DNA of 64,000 nucleotides from Gemmatimonadales bacterium (GCA_046327735.1 JAXLXZ010000012.1:68102-132101), one strand, 5' to 3'. Positions 7,488-17,526 are shown, numbered from the stretch's first letter. Notes: generated by a model not told the origin, from the letters alone. Translations and numbers: made by a program.

Positions 7488-10400
7488 TTACCCCTGCCCC
7501 GTGAGCCGGTCCAGCCGCGCCCGCACCCGGCTCACCATCTCCTCCAGCACCGGGTCGGCATCGGACCACTGGGCCAGCGCCAGCTGGTACTGGTCCCGCG
7601 CCTCCGCCGCCCGTCCCAGCCGCTCGTAGATCTCGCCCCGGAGCACCCGCGCCTGCCCCAGCAGGAGCCAGCGGATGTCGAGCCCGCTGGTACTCAGCCG
7701 GGCCGGCTCGAACATCTCCAGCGCCTTGAGGGCCCGCTGGTCGTCACCCAGTTCCACCCAGGCATGGGCCGCGATCATCTGGCGGTAGCCGAACCACTGG
7801 ACCCGGGAGAGGAACTCCTTCCCCACCGCGCTGTCGGGCAACTGCAGCAGCCGGCGCGCCTCGGTCGAGTCCCCCCGCTCCAGCGCGACCAGCGCCTTGA
7901 GCTCGGGCGGCGCTGGCCCGCCGCCCAGGGCGGAGAGTTCGTTGATCGGGGTGGGGTCGGTGGTGTCCTGGAGATAGAGTCCCACCGCCGCCGCCCAGCC
8001 GAACTCCGCGATGCTCCCCCGGCTCCCCTTGGGTGCCCGCCGGGCGCTGTCGGCGATCTGGTCCCAGATCGGCTTGAGCTTGGCCGCCGGCGCGCCCAGC
8101 GCGGTGTACAGGTGGCTCTGCAGCAGGTGGCCGTAGAGGGAGCGTTCCCCCACCTGCTCCGAGCCGGGCATGTCCGGGTACCACCGGTCGTGGATCCGGG
8201 CCGCGAGGTCGAGGGTGCGGCTCGCGAGCGTCACCTTCCCGCTGTAGGCGAGGACGTTCGCGCCGGCGCTCACCTCCCCCAGCGTCTCGAACGCCGGCAG
8301 GCGGCCGACATCGAAGGACTCCGCCTTCGCGCTGTCGAGCGCCCTCGCCGCGAGCCGGGTGGCCTCCTTGAGGTCGCCCTGCTGCGTGACCAGCTGGGTC
8401 CGCACGAACCCGAGGTCGGCCCGCCCCGCCCCTTCCGGGCTCCGCGCGAGCCGGTCGACTTCGGCGAGCGCGAGGTCGTACTGCCGGGCCACGGCGTAAC
8501 CGTAGATCAGCGCGTTCTGCGCGTGGGCGTTCTCCGGCTGGTGGGTGAGCCATTCGCGCGCCGCCGAGATCCCGTCGGTCCGGGCCCGCTGGACCGCCTG
8601 CGACACCCGCGCCGAGTCGAGCTTCGGCGTCTTGCTCGCGGCGTCCGCCACCACGATCGAGTCGCCCGGAAGCAGCGCCAGGTAGGGCTTCTCCTGCGCG
8701 GTGGTCCGGTAGATCGCGGTGAGGTGCTCGTAGGCCAGGTAGTAGTTCGGGTCGAGCGCGATGGCCCGCCGGAAGGCGCGGATCGACTTGGTGAACCGCT
8801 CCGCGACCCGGGTCTGGTCGGAGGCGTGGAAGGTCACGTCGCCGAGCCCGTACCAGGCGTCCGCATCGGTGGAGTCGTGGGTCAGCAGGGCGCGATACGC
8901 CGCCTCCCCCTTGTCGTAGCTCCCCTCGAGGAAATACCGGTAGGCGGTGACCATCTGCCGGTCGTGTTCCGTCAGGCGGTCGGAAAAGAGCGTGGCCCGG
9001 CGGATCGCATCCATGCCGAGCGAATCGGTCTGGCCCGCCAGCCACCCGCGCGCCAGCGAGAGCTTGTAGTAGGCCAGCCCGAACGAGGAATCGAGCTGGA
9101 CCGCGCGCCGGAAGTGCTCCTCCGCCGCCCCCAGGTTCCAGCTGTTCAGGTCCTCGAGCCCCTGGAGGTAGGCCCGGTAGGCCTCCAGCGACTGGGTGGT
9201 GGCGCGGACCACGTCGGTGCGCATCCCCGCGGGGGCGCCTGACAAGTGCAGCAGCTGGGTGGCCAGCTGGTCGAAGAGGGGCCGCACGTCGTCGCCGGTC
9301 TTCCCTTCCACCCGGGCCACGTCGAGCCGGTTGCCGGTGGTCACGTCGTAGAGCCGCGCCACCAGCTGCAGCGAGTCGCCCACCTTGGTGAAGTCGCCCA
9401 GCGCGACGGTCCAGACTCCCGCATCCCGCGCCAGCCGCCGCGCCATCTCCAGCCCCACCGCCGCCCGGGCCTCGACCTTGCGCCGCTCGAGCAGGTCGTG
9501 CAGCCGCTCGTGGTCGACCACCACCAGGTCGGTCCACTGCGACAGGTTCAGCGCCAGCATGTTGACGCTGCCGTCGCGGAGCCAGTCGACCGCGGGATCC
9601 TGCCGGAGGTTGTCGAACGGGAGGATCAGGATCGAGTGCCGCGGGTTCACCCCCCGCGGCGGCCCCGAGGGCCGGAAGGCGAGACCCACCAGCAGCACCA
9701 CCGCCGCGGCCGCGCCGGCCAGCGCATAGACCCAGCGGCGCCGCGGACGGACGCCGCGCGCCGGCGCCGGCTGGTGCGTGAGGACCGCCGACCGGAAGGC
9801 GGCGCCCGACTGCCAGCGGTCGGCCGGGTCCTTCTCGAGTGCCCGCATGATCGCGGCGCTGAGCGCGGCGGGCACGCCGCTCCGGAGCGAGGCCACGGGG
9901 GCGGGCCGCTCCGCGAGGTGCATCGTGGCCACCGCCGCCGCGGTCTGGGCCCGGAACGGCGGCCGTCCGGCCAGCATCTCGTAGGCCACCACCGCCAGGG
10001 CGTAGAGGTCGCTCCGGGTGTCGACCGCATCGCCCGCCGCCTGCTCCGGGCTCATGTAGGTCGGCGTCCCGACTGCCACGCCCTGGCCGGTGCGCACCCC
10101 ATCGGGGTCGGCGGCCATCGCCCGAGCAATCCCGAAGTCGGCCAGCATCGCGCGGCCGGAGCTCTGGTCGAGGAGGATGTTCTCCGGCTTCACGTCGCGG
10201 TGCACCAGCCCCGCCTGGCCCGCCGCGTTCAGCGCATCGGCGAGATCGGTGACGATGCGGACCACCTCGTCGACCGGGAGCCGGCCGTCACGGGTGAGCC
10301 GCTGCCGGAGACTCTCCCCCGGCACATAGTCCATGACGTAGTAGAAGACCCCGGTGGTCTCCCCCGCGGTGTGGATGGCGACGATGCTGGGGTGGCGCAG

Positions 10401-10646
10401 CCGCGCGATCATGCGCGCTTCGGCGAGAAACCGCTGGGTGATGCTGGCGTGCACCGCGAGGTCGGGATGCACCACCTTCACGGCGACCTGGCGGTCGAGC
10501 GTGGTGTCCCGCGCCAGGAAGACGACGCCCATCCCGCCGTGCCCAAGCTCCCGCTCGAGTCGGTACTGCGACCCGAGCGCCGCCTGCAACCGGGCAAAGA
10601 GCTCCGAAGGCGACGTCACGCTGATCCGTTCCTGGATGCCGGCCAC
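7488..10646 (-). CDS. Hanks-type Ser/Thr protein kinase with TM segment, TolB-N-like domain and long TPR region
   Basis: N-terminal kinase motifs: GHGGMGVVFLA, VAVKV, HRDVKPENILL, DFGIA, GTPTYMSPEQ. TM segment WVYALAGAAAAVVLLVGLAF. The C-terminal ~600 aa carries TPR-like repeats (AYRAYLQG, AYYKLS, AWYGLG). Confidence 0.92.
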   Translation of the reverse strand: MAGIQERISVTSPSELFARLQAALGSQYRLERELGHGGMGVVFLARDTTLDRQVAVKVVHPDLAVHASITQRFLAEARMIARLRHPSIVAIHTAGETTGVFYYVMDYVPGESLRQRLTRDGRLPVDEVVRIVTDLADALNAAGQAGLVHRDVKPENILLDQSSGRAMLADFGIARAMAADPDGVRTGQGVAVGTPTYMSPEQAAGDAVDTRSDLYALAVVAYEMLAGRPPFRAQTAAAVATMHLAERPAPVASLRSGVPAALSAAIMRALEKDPADRWQSGAAFRSAVLTHQPAPARGVRPRRRWVYALAGAAAAVVLLVGLAFRPSGPPRGVNPRHSILILPFDNLRQDPAVDWLRDGSVNMLALNLSQWTDLVVVDHERLHDLLERRKVEARAAVGLEMARRLARDAGVWTVALGDFTKVGDSLQLVARLYDVTTGNRLDVARVEGKTGDDVRPLFDQLATQLLHLSGAPAGMRTDVVRATTQSLEAYRAYLQGLEDLNSWNLGAAEEHFRRAVQLDSSFGLAYYKLSLARGWLAGQTDSLGMDAIRRATLFSDRLTEHDRQMVTAYRYFLEGSYDKGEAAYRALLTHDSTDADAWYGLGDVTFHASDQTRVAERFTKSIRAFRRAIALDPNYYLAYEHLTAIYRTTAQEKPYLALLPGDSIVVADAASKTPKLDSARVSQAVQRARTDGISAAREWLTHQPENAHAQNALIYGYAVARQYDLALAEVDRLARSPEGAGRADLGFVRTQLVTQQGDLKEATRLAARALDSAKAESFDVGRLPAFETLGEVSAGANVLAYSGKVTLASRTLDLAARIHDRWYPDMPGSEQVGERSLYGHLLQSHLYTALGAPAAKLKPIWDQIADSARRAPKGSRGSIAEFGWAAAVGLYLQDTTDPTPINELSALGGGPAPPELKALVALERGDSTEARRLLQLPDSAVGKEFLSRVQWFGYRQMIAAHAWVELGDDQRALKALEMFEPARLSTSGLDIRWLLLGQARVLRGEIYERLGRAAEARDQYQLALAQWSDADPVLEEMVSRVRARLDRLTGQG

Positions 10647-10838
10647 GAGGCCGGGATGTGTCTAGGGTAAGATAGGGCCGGCGCCTCTGGGGACGAGTCT
10701 CCCCGGCGGGGATGGACGGTGGTCGAATATGGGTAGGACGCTTTTGCGCGCCTGATGGTTGCAGGCTGCGCCACCGCTGACTTGACCGGTTGTTGAGCAT
10801 CCGGTCCTAGCTTCGGGGCGTCCTTTCTGGAGACGTCC

Positions 10839-11690
10839 ATGTCTGCCTCTGCGGTGGCATCGGCCACCCGGCCCCCGCTGGTCGCGGCCGTGCTGCGCCC
10901 TGACGAACGCACCCGGGTCGAGGCCGCGGGAACCGGCTGGTTTTCCCTGCTGCACGGCGAGACGATCCCCGATGCCATCCGGTCGGTGCGCGAGCGGCCG
11001 GTCGACGCGGTGCTCGTCTCGGTGCATCGCTGCTCCCGCGAGCTCGATGCCCTCGATCACCTGGTGCGGGGCTTCCCCGGCATCCCCACCGTGGCCCTGA
11101 TCAGCCGGCACGACGCCGAGGGGACCGAGGCCCTCCTGCACCTCGGCGCCTCCGGGGTCCGCCAGGTCGTCGATGTCACCGGTCCCGAGGGGTGGCACCG
11201 GCTCCGCCAGGTGCTCGGCCAGCCGGTCACCCGCGATGTCGCCCGCATCCAGCAGCCGGTCCTGCTGGCGCTGGGAGAGGTGCCGCCCGACACCCGCCTG
11301 TTCTTTGAAGCGCTGATCCGGCTCGCTCCCGACATCCCGACGGCGCGCCAGCTCGCCGACCGGGTCGGGGTCCGATGCACTACCCTGATGAGCCGGTTCG
11401 GCCGGGCCGGGCTCCCCTCGCCCAAGAGCTACCTGGCGGCGATGCGCCTCGTCCACGCGGCGCTTTTCTTCGAGCGTCCCGGCTACACGGTGGCCGATGT
11501 GGCATACCGGCTCGACTATTCCTCGCCCCAGAGCTTTGGCCGGCACGTGCGGGCGCTCCTCGGCATCACGACGTCGGAACTCCGACGCCGATTCCCCTTC
11601 GAGCAGGCGGTGACCCGGTTTGTGGAGGTGATGGTGACGCCGTACAGCGAGGTCTGGCCTCAGTTCAGGCCGTTGATGCGGCGGGATTGA
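10839..11690 (+). CDS. AraC-type HTH regulator with N-terminal receiver-like (pseudo-receiver) domain
   Basis: The C-terminus (VADVAYRLDYSSPQSFGRHVRALLGITTSELRRR) is an AraC/XylS HTH. The N-terminal ~120 aa has a CheY-like alternating pattern (PVDAVLVSVH, IPTVALISR), but Ser sits where the phospho-Asp is expected. Confidence 0.75.
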   Translation: MSASAVASATRPPLVAAVLRPDERTRVEAAGTGWFSLLHGETIPDAIRSVRERPVDAVLVSVHRCSRELDALDHLVRGFPGIPTVALISRHDAEGTEALLHLGASGVRQVVDVTGPEGWHRLRQVLGQPVTRDVARIQQPVLLALGEVPPDTRLFFEALIRLAPDIPTARQLADRVGVRCTTLMSRFGRAGLPSPKSYLAAMRLVHAALFFERPGYTVADVAYRLDYSSPQSFGRHVRALLGITTSELRRRFPFEQAVTRFVEVMVTPYSEVWPQFRPLMRRD

Positions 11691-11754
11691 CAGGAAAACT
11701 GGCTGCCAATTTGAGCGGGATGGGGCGCTGCGCCCAGGAGGGACGACTTCTGGG

Positions 11755-12309
11755 CTACTTCAGTCCAAGTCTGCTGGCGGTAGTGAGTGCAACTACCTTG
11801 TGGCCGGCTGCCTCGAGCGTCGCCCGGCCACCTTCCTCCCGGTCCACCACTGCCAGGATACCGAGTACGGTGCCGCCCTCTTCCCGCACCGCCTCGATCG
11901 CCTTCAGGGCCGAGCCTCCTGTCGTAATGACGTCTTCCACTACGACAACCTGGTCACCCGCCGCGAAGTTGCCCTCTACCCGGCGGCCGGTTCCGTGCGC
12001 CTTCGCTTCCTTCCGGACACTGAAGGCGTCGACGATCGGCTGGGCGGCCACGCTCCGGGCGGCCACGGCGTAGGCCACCGGGTCGGCGCCCATCGTCAGC
12101 CCCCCCACGCTCCGCGGGGCCCAGCCCGCGTCGCGGATCGCCTCAAGCCCCAGCTTGCCGATGAGTACGAGGCCCTCGGCGGACATCGTGGTGAGCCGGC
12201 AGTCGACGTAGAAGTTGGAGGTCCTGCCGGAGGCGAGGACAAAGTGGCCGCGCTTTACCGACCGCTCCAGCAGGAGGCGGTCGAGCGCGGCAAGGTCAGC
12301 CTGGGTCAT
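11755..12309 (-). CDS. pyrE: Orotate phosphoribosyltransferase
   Basis: FVLASGRTSNFYVDCR and the PRPP-binding loop VVVVEDVITTGGSA. The ATG at 12309-12307 overlaps the TGA of the upstream kinase (ATGA). Confidence 0.92.
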   Translation of the reverse strand: MTQADLAALDRLLLERSVKRGHFVLASGRTSNFYVDCRLTTMSAEGLVLIGKLGLEAIRDAGWAPRSVGGLTMGADPVAYAVAARSVAAQPIVDAFSVRKEAKAHGTGRRVEGNFAAGDQVVVVEDVITTGGSALKAIEAVREEGGTVLGILAVVDREEGGRATLEAAGHKVVALTTASRLGLK

Positions 12310-13193
12310 TTGCCGAAGAGACTCTTCAGGAAGCTCTTGCGCTCGTTGGTCTGGCGGAGGGCGGTGCAAAGGTGGGTCGTGAACTCGTCCACAGTCTTGC
12401 TTCGCTTGCCGAGCTCCCGCTCGAGGCCGGCCATCAGTGCTTCCTCGACCGCGTCGGTGAACCGGAGTCCCTTGACCGCCTGGTTGAGCGGGATCGGAGG
12501 CTGGGTCAGGAGCTGCTGGAAGAGCTCCCGGGGCGAGCGGCCGGAATACGGGAGCGTGCTGGTCAGGAGGTAGTAGGCGATGGTCGCGAGGCTGTAGACA
12601 TCGGCCTGGGCGGTGACCAGCTCACCGGAGAGCGCCTCGGGGGCGACGTACTGCAGGGTGCCGACGAAGAAACCGGTGCGCGTCAGCCGCTCTTCCGGCT
12701 TGAGGTCGGCGTCCCGGGCAATGCCGAAATCCAGCAGGACCGCGCGCTGGGTTTCGGGGGTATACATGATGTTCGCGGGCTTGAGGTCCCGGTGGATGAT
12801 CCCCTGGGCGTGGGCCGCGGAGAGGGCCGCGCCGATCTGTTCGATGATCGTGGCGACCAGGGCGGGGGCCAGCCGGCCGGAGCGGGCGGCGAACTTCTCC
12901 AGGGCCTCGCCGTCGACCCACTCCATGGCCAGGTAGTACAGGTCCTCGGTCTGGCCGTAGTCGTAGGTCTTCACGATGTTCGGGTGATTCACCCGTGTGC
13001 CGAACTCCGCCTCCCGGAGAAAGCGCTTCACCGCCACCGGGTCCTGGGCCAGGCGGGTACGCAGAACTTTGAGTGCGACGGCGCCGCGCTCCGGGTGCTC
13101 GGCACGGTACACCGTGGCCGTTCCACCTTCGCCCACATGCTGAATGAGGCGGTATCCGGCGACGGTCCTGCCGATGAGGCTGTCTTGGCTCAT
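12306..13193 (-). CDS. Ser/Thr protein kinase (kinase domain only, short C-terminal tail)
   Basis: GEGGTATVYRA, VALKVL, HRDLKPANIM, DFGIARD, GTLQYVAPE. The start was taken at MSQDSLIGRTV (13193); the ORF extends to 13232. Confidence 0.9.
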   Translation of the reverse strand: MSQDSLIGRTVAGYRLIQHVGEGGTATVYRAEHPERGAVALKVLRTRLAQDPVAVKRFLREAEFGTRVNHPNIVKTYDYGQTEDLYYLAMEWVDGEALEKFAARSGRLAPALVATIIEQIGAALSAAHAQGIIHRDLKPANIMYTPETQRAVLLDFGIARDADLKPEERLTRTGFFVGTLQYVAPEALSGELVTAQADVYSLATIAYYLLTSTLPYSGRSPRELFQQLLTQPPIPLNQAVKGLRFTDAVEEALMAGLERELGKRSKTVDEFTTHLCTALRQTNERKSFLKSLFGK

Positions 13194-13274
13194 GGAATGT
13201 TCCAAGGTACTCCGCCCCTCTGGCGCGAGCAAGCGCGTGCTTGAGGTCTCCCTGACGCTGCACTAAGCTAGGTC

Positions 13275-14636
13275 ATGACACGTTCACCGCTGTCACGCGC
13301 CGCACAGGCCTCGGTCCCCGCCCTGCTTCTCGCGCTCACCGCCTGCGGCAGCTGGGGCCGGCCCGGGAACCCCGCGCCCCAGACGGGGGAGACCCTCATC
13401 CAGGCCCTCGATGTGGGGGCCGCGTACCGGCGCATCGGCCGGATGACCGGGACGGGGGCCACGCCGTTCGTCGCGGACGTGGTCTTCCTGGCCGGCCCCG
13501 GCGATTCCACCGTCGCGGTGGTCGGCGTCTCCCTCGAGAACGCGAACCTCAGCTTTCAGCGCGAGACCGACTACTTCGTCGCGCACTACCGGGTGGACCT
13601 GAGCGCGCAGCCCGTGAGTGGCGGCGCGCCCCTCACGCGGGGCCGGGACCAGGCGGTGCGGGTGTCCACCTTCCCCGAGACCCAGCGCAGCGACGAAAGC
13701 GTCCTGTTCCAGGAAGGCCTGACCCTCGCCCCCGGCGAGTGGAACCTCACGGTCACCGTGACCGACGCCACCCCCGGCAAGAACGGCAAGGCCACCGCGA
13801 AGTACACCGTGCCCCGGTTCGGCGCCGGGACGTTCACCCCGCCCATCCTTACATACCAGGTTCGTCCCCGGGCCCGCCGCACCGCGCCCATCTCGATGAT
13901 CCTGAACCCGCGGGGCACCATCGCCTACGGCACCGACACCGCGGTCGCGTTCGTCGAGGCCTATGCCCTTCCCGGGCCGCGGGCAGTGCCGGTGACCCTG
14001 GTGAGCGGGCGGGACAGTGTGCTGCGAGTTGACTCGCTCCACTTTGCGGGCGGCCAGGAAGTGGAGAGCGCCATTCTCCGCTTCACCCCGGACAGCTTTC
14101 CGCTGGGTGAGCTGCGCCTCGTGGTCGGCACCCCGCCCGACACCACGGCCAGCGCGGCGCTGGTCTCGTTCTCCTCGAGCTGGGTGGTCACCAACTTCGA
14201 GGACATGATCAGTCTCCTCCGGTACTTCCCGCCCTCGCCGGCGCTCGATTCCCTCCGCAAGGCGGCCCCCGCCGACCGGAGCCGTCTCTGGCATGCCTTC
14301 TGGAAGGCGAGTGATCCCAACTCCGCCACCGGCGCCAACGAGGCCCTGGACCAGTACGTGCGGCGCGTCGCGCTCGCGAACCTGCGCTTCCGTGGTGAGG
14401 GCATCGCCGGGTGGCGCACCGACCGGGGCGAAGTCCTCGTGCGGCTGGGTGAGCCCGACGAGGTCTTCGACGCGAGCCCGCAGAGCGAAGGCCGCCTGAT
14501 CCGCTGGGGCTACAGCCAGTGGCAGCTGGCGCTCTACTTCATGGATGAGACCGGGTTCGGCCGGTTCCGGCTCACCCCGGCGTCGCGCTCCGAGCTCGAG
14601 CGGGTGATCAGCCAGGTGAGCCGCCAGGGAGACTGA
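13275..14636 (+). CDS. GWxTD domain-containing lipoprotein
   Basis: Lipobox LLLALTAC|GS. The C-terminal motif GWRTDRGEVLVRLGEPDEVF followed by WGYSQW is the GWxTD signature. Confidence 0.8.
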   Translation: MTRSPLSRAAQASVPALLLALTACGSWGRPGNPAPQTGETLIQALDVGAAYRRIGRMTGTGATPFVADVVFLAGPGDSTVAVVGVSLENANLSFQRETDYFVAHYRVDLSAQPVSGGAPLTRGRDQAVRVSTFPETQRSDESVLFQEGLTLAPGEWNLTVTVTDATPGKNGKATAKYTVPRFGAGTFTPPILTYQVRPRARRTAPISMILNPRGTIAYGTDTAVAFVEAYALPGPRAVPVTLVSGRDSVLRVDSLHFAGGQEVESAILRFTPDSFPLGELRLVVGTPPDTTASAALVSFSSSWVVTNFEDMISLLRYFPPSPALDSLRKAAPADRSRLWHAFWKASDPNSATGANEALDQYVRRVALANLRFRGEGIAGWRTDRGEVLVRLGEPDEVFDASPQSEGRLIRWGYSQWQLALYFMDETGFGRFRLTPASRSELERVISQVSRQGD

Positions 14637-14656
14637 CGGCGCTTATCTTCCGGGCC

Positions 14657-17518
14657 ATGTCGCACCATGACCCGCCGCGCCTCTTCCTGATCGACGGCTA
14701 CGCCCTCATCTACCGGGCGTTCTTTGCCCTGATCACCCGTCCCCTCCGCACCACCAGGGGCGAGAACACCTCCGCCGCCTGGGGCGTCATCAACTTTCTG
14801 CTCCGGCTCCGGGAGAAATACCAGCCCGACTATCTCGCCTGGGTGCAGGACGCCGGCGATTCCTTCCGCACCGAGCTGTACGCCGAGTACAAGTCCACCC
14901 GCGAAAAGCTCGACGAAGAGCTCCAGGCCGAGTTCGACCGCTCGGTCGAGCGGATCGAGGAGCTGCTCGGCGCCTTTCACGTGCAGGTGGTCAGTGTCGC
15001 CGGCTATGAGGCCGACGACGTGATCGGCACCCTGGCCAGCCAGGGGGTCGACGCCGGCCTCCAGGTGGTGATCGTCTCCGGCGACAAGGATTTCTACCAG
15101 CTGATCGGCCCGCGGGTGGCCCTCCTCAATCCCGGCCGGGGCGGACCGGGAGGTGTGGATGAGACCTGGGTCGACCAGAGCAACGCCTCCGAGCGGCTCG
15201 GCGTGCCGCCGGAGCAGGTGGTCGATTACCTCGCGCTGGTGGGTGACAGCTCCGACAATGTGCCGGGGGTGAAGGGCATCGGCAGCAAGGGGGCGGCCGA
15301 GTTGCTCACGCAGTTCGGTTCGCTCGAGGCGATGCTCTCGCGCACCGGCGAGGTGAAGGGCAAGCGCGCCCGCGAGGCGCTGGAGCAGTATCACGCGGAA
15401 GCCCGCCTCTCGCGCCAGCTGGTGACGATCCGCAAGGACGTGCCCGTCACCCTGGAGCTTGGTCCCCTGGTGGAGTCCGAGCCCGATCGCGCGGTGCTGC
15501 TCAAGCTCTGTGCCGAGCTCGAGTTCTATACCCTGGTGCGGCGGCTGGAAGGGGCCGGTGCCCCGTCCGCCGCGAGCGCGCCGGCGGCGAGTGTCCCCGC
15601 CGAAGCGCAGGCGCTCGACCTGCTGGCGGAGGAGACCGTCGCCGAGGCGCCTCCGTCCGTCGCGGCCGCTGCGCCCGCAGCGGCGGTGGCGGTGACCATC
15701 ATCGACGACCCCGCCACGATTCCCGCCCTGGTGGAGCGGCTCCGCGCCGCCCGGCTGGTGTCGCTCGCGGTGGGCACTCGCCCGGTGGAACCCCACGATG
15801 CGGAGCTCGCCGGTCTGGCCCTGGCGGTCACCCCCTCGGAGGCGTGGTACCTGCCGTTCGCCCATCGCCCGCCGCTGGGAGAACTGGCCGCACCCGAACC
15901 GGTGCGGAACCTCCCATCCCTCACCGCGCCCGAGCTCGCGCCCCTCGCGGCGCTGCTGGCCGACCCGGCGGTGCCCAAGGCGGGGCACGACCTCAAGTAC
16001 GCCTGGCAGGTGCTGCGCCGGAGCGGCGTAGAGCTGGCGGGGGTCAGCTACGACACGATGCTCGCGAGCTTCGTGCTCGATCCCGGCCGCCGCTCCCACG
16101 CCCTCGACACCCTGAGCCTCGAGCACCTCGGACGCGCCCTCCGGGTCTACGCGGAGGTGGCGGGGCGCGGCCGCACCGAGGTCCCCTTCGAGGAAGTGCC
16201 GGTGGCGGCCGCGGCCGAATTCCTCGCCGCCGGCACCACCACGGTGCTGGCCCTGGAGCAGTATTTCGCGCCGTCACTCGCGGGGATGGGCCTCGAGCGC
16301 CTGCTGACCGGCATCGAGCTGCCGCTGGTCCGGGTGCTGGTCGACATGGAGTGGACCGGGATCGCCATCGACCCCGCCCTCTTCACCCGGCTCTCCTCCG
16401 AGCTGACCCGCGACCTGAGCGGGCTGGAGGCGAAGATTGCCGCGATCGCCCAGAGCCAGCTGAACCTCAACAGCCCCAAGCAGCTCGCCACCCTGCTCTT
16501 CGACAAGCTGCAGCTCCCGGTGCTCAAGAAGACCAAGACCGGGCCCAGCACCGACGCCGACGTGCTGGAGCAGCTGGCCGCGCTCGGGCACGAGGTGCCG
16601 ACGCTGATCCTCGAGTACCGCGAGCTCCAGAAACTCAAGTCGACCTACGTCGATGTCCTGCCCCTGCGGGTGAACCGCGGCACCGGCCGGATCCACACCA
16701 GCTTCAACCAGACCGGCGCCGCCACCGGGCGGCTCAGCTCCAGCGACCCGAACCTCCAGAACATCCCGATCCGGACGCCCAGGGGCGAGGAAATCCGCAC
16801 CGGGTTCGTGCCCGGGCCGGGATGGAAATTCGTGGTGGCGGATTACTCGCAGATCGAGCTGCGCCTGATGGCGCACCTCTCGGAAGACCCCGCCTTCATT
16901 GCGGCGTTCCGTTCCGGCGGCGACATTCATCGGCAGACCGCGTCGATCATCTTCGCGGTGCCGCCCGAGCAGGTGACGGCGGAGATGCGGGCCCGCGCCA
17001 AGACCATCAACTTCGGCACCATCTACGGCCAGGGACCGTTCGCCCTGTCCCGTCAGCTCAATATCTCCCAGGACGAGGCCAAGGCGTTCATCACCCAGTA
17101 CTTCGAGCGGTTCGCCGGGGTGCGCGCCTATCTCGACCTGCAGGTGAAGCTGGCGCGGAGCCAGGGCTACGTGGAGACCCTCTTCGGGCGGCGGCGCTAC
17201 ATCCCGGAGATCAAGGACAAGAACTTCAACCTCCGTGCCTTCGCCGAGCGCACCGCGGCCAACACCCCGCTCCAGGGCTCGGCGGCCGACCTGATCAAGA
17301 TGGCGATGGTGCGGATCCATGGAGCGCTCGCCACCGAGCGGCTGCGCGGGCGGCTCCTGCTCCAGGTGCACGACGAGCTGGTGCTCGAGGCCCCCGCCGA
17401 GGAGGCCGAGGCCACCGCCGCGCTGGTGCGGCGGCACATGGAGGGGGCGGCCGAGCTCAAAGTGCCGCTGCTGGTGGATGTGGGGATCGGGGACAACTGG
17501 CTGGACGCCAAACACTAG
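14657..17518 (+). CDS. polA: DNA polymerase I
   Basis: A 953-aa protein with three regions. The 5'-nuclease region has LIDGYALIYRAFFA and VSGDKDFYQL. A 3'-5' exo-like middle region follows. The polymerase motifs are DYSQIELR, RRxAKTINFGxIYG and QVHDELV. Confidence 0.97.
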   Translation: MSHHDPPRLFLIDGYALIYRAFFALITRPLRTTRGENTSAAWGVINFLLRLREKYQPDYLAWVQDAGDSFRTELYAEYKSTREKLDEELQAEFDRSVERIEELLGAFHVQVVSVAGYEADDVIGTLASQGVDAGLQVVIVSGDKDFYQLIGPRVALLNPGRGGPGGVDETWVDQSNASERLGVPPEQVVDYLALVGDSSDNVPGVKGIGSKGAAELLTQFGSLEAMLSRTGEVKGKRAREALEQYHAEARLSRQLVTIRKDVPVTLELGPLVESEPDRAVLLKLCAELEFYTLVRRLEGAGAPSAASAPAASVPAEAQALDLLAEETVAEAPPSVAAAAPAAAVAVTIIDDPATIPALVERLRAARLVSLAVGTRPVEPHDAELAGLALAVTPSEAWYLPFAHRPPLGELAAPEPVRNLPSLTAPELAPLAALLADPAVPKAGHDLKYAWQVLRRSGVELAGVSYDTMLASFVLDPGRRSHALDTLSLEHLGRALRVYAEVAGRGRTEVPFEEVPVAAAAEFLAAGTTTVLALEQYFAPSLAGMGLERLLTGIELPLVRVLVDMEWTGIAIDPALFTRLSSELTRDLSGLEAKIAAIAQSQLNLNSPKQLATLLFDKLQLPVLKKTKTGPSTDADVLEQLAALGHEVPTLILEYRELQKLKSTYVDVLPLRVNRGTGRIHTSFNQTGAATGRLSSSDPNLQNIPIRTPRGEEIRTGFVPGPGWKFVVADYSQIELRLMAHLSEDPAFIAAFRSGGDIHRQTASIIFAVPPEQVTAEMRARAKTINFGTIYGQGPFALSRQLNISQDEAKAFITQYFERFAGVRAYLDLQVKLARSQGYVETLFGRRRYIPEIKDKNFNLRAFAERTAANTPLQGSAADLIKMAMVRIHGALATERLRGRLLLQVHDELVLEAPAEEAEATAALVRRHMEGAAELKVPLLVDVGIGDNWLDAKH

Positions 17519-17526
17519 GAGCGCCG

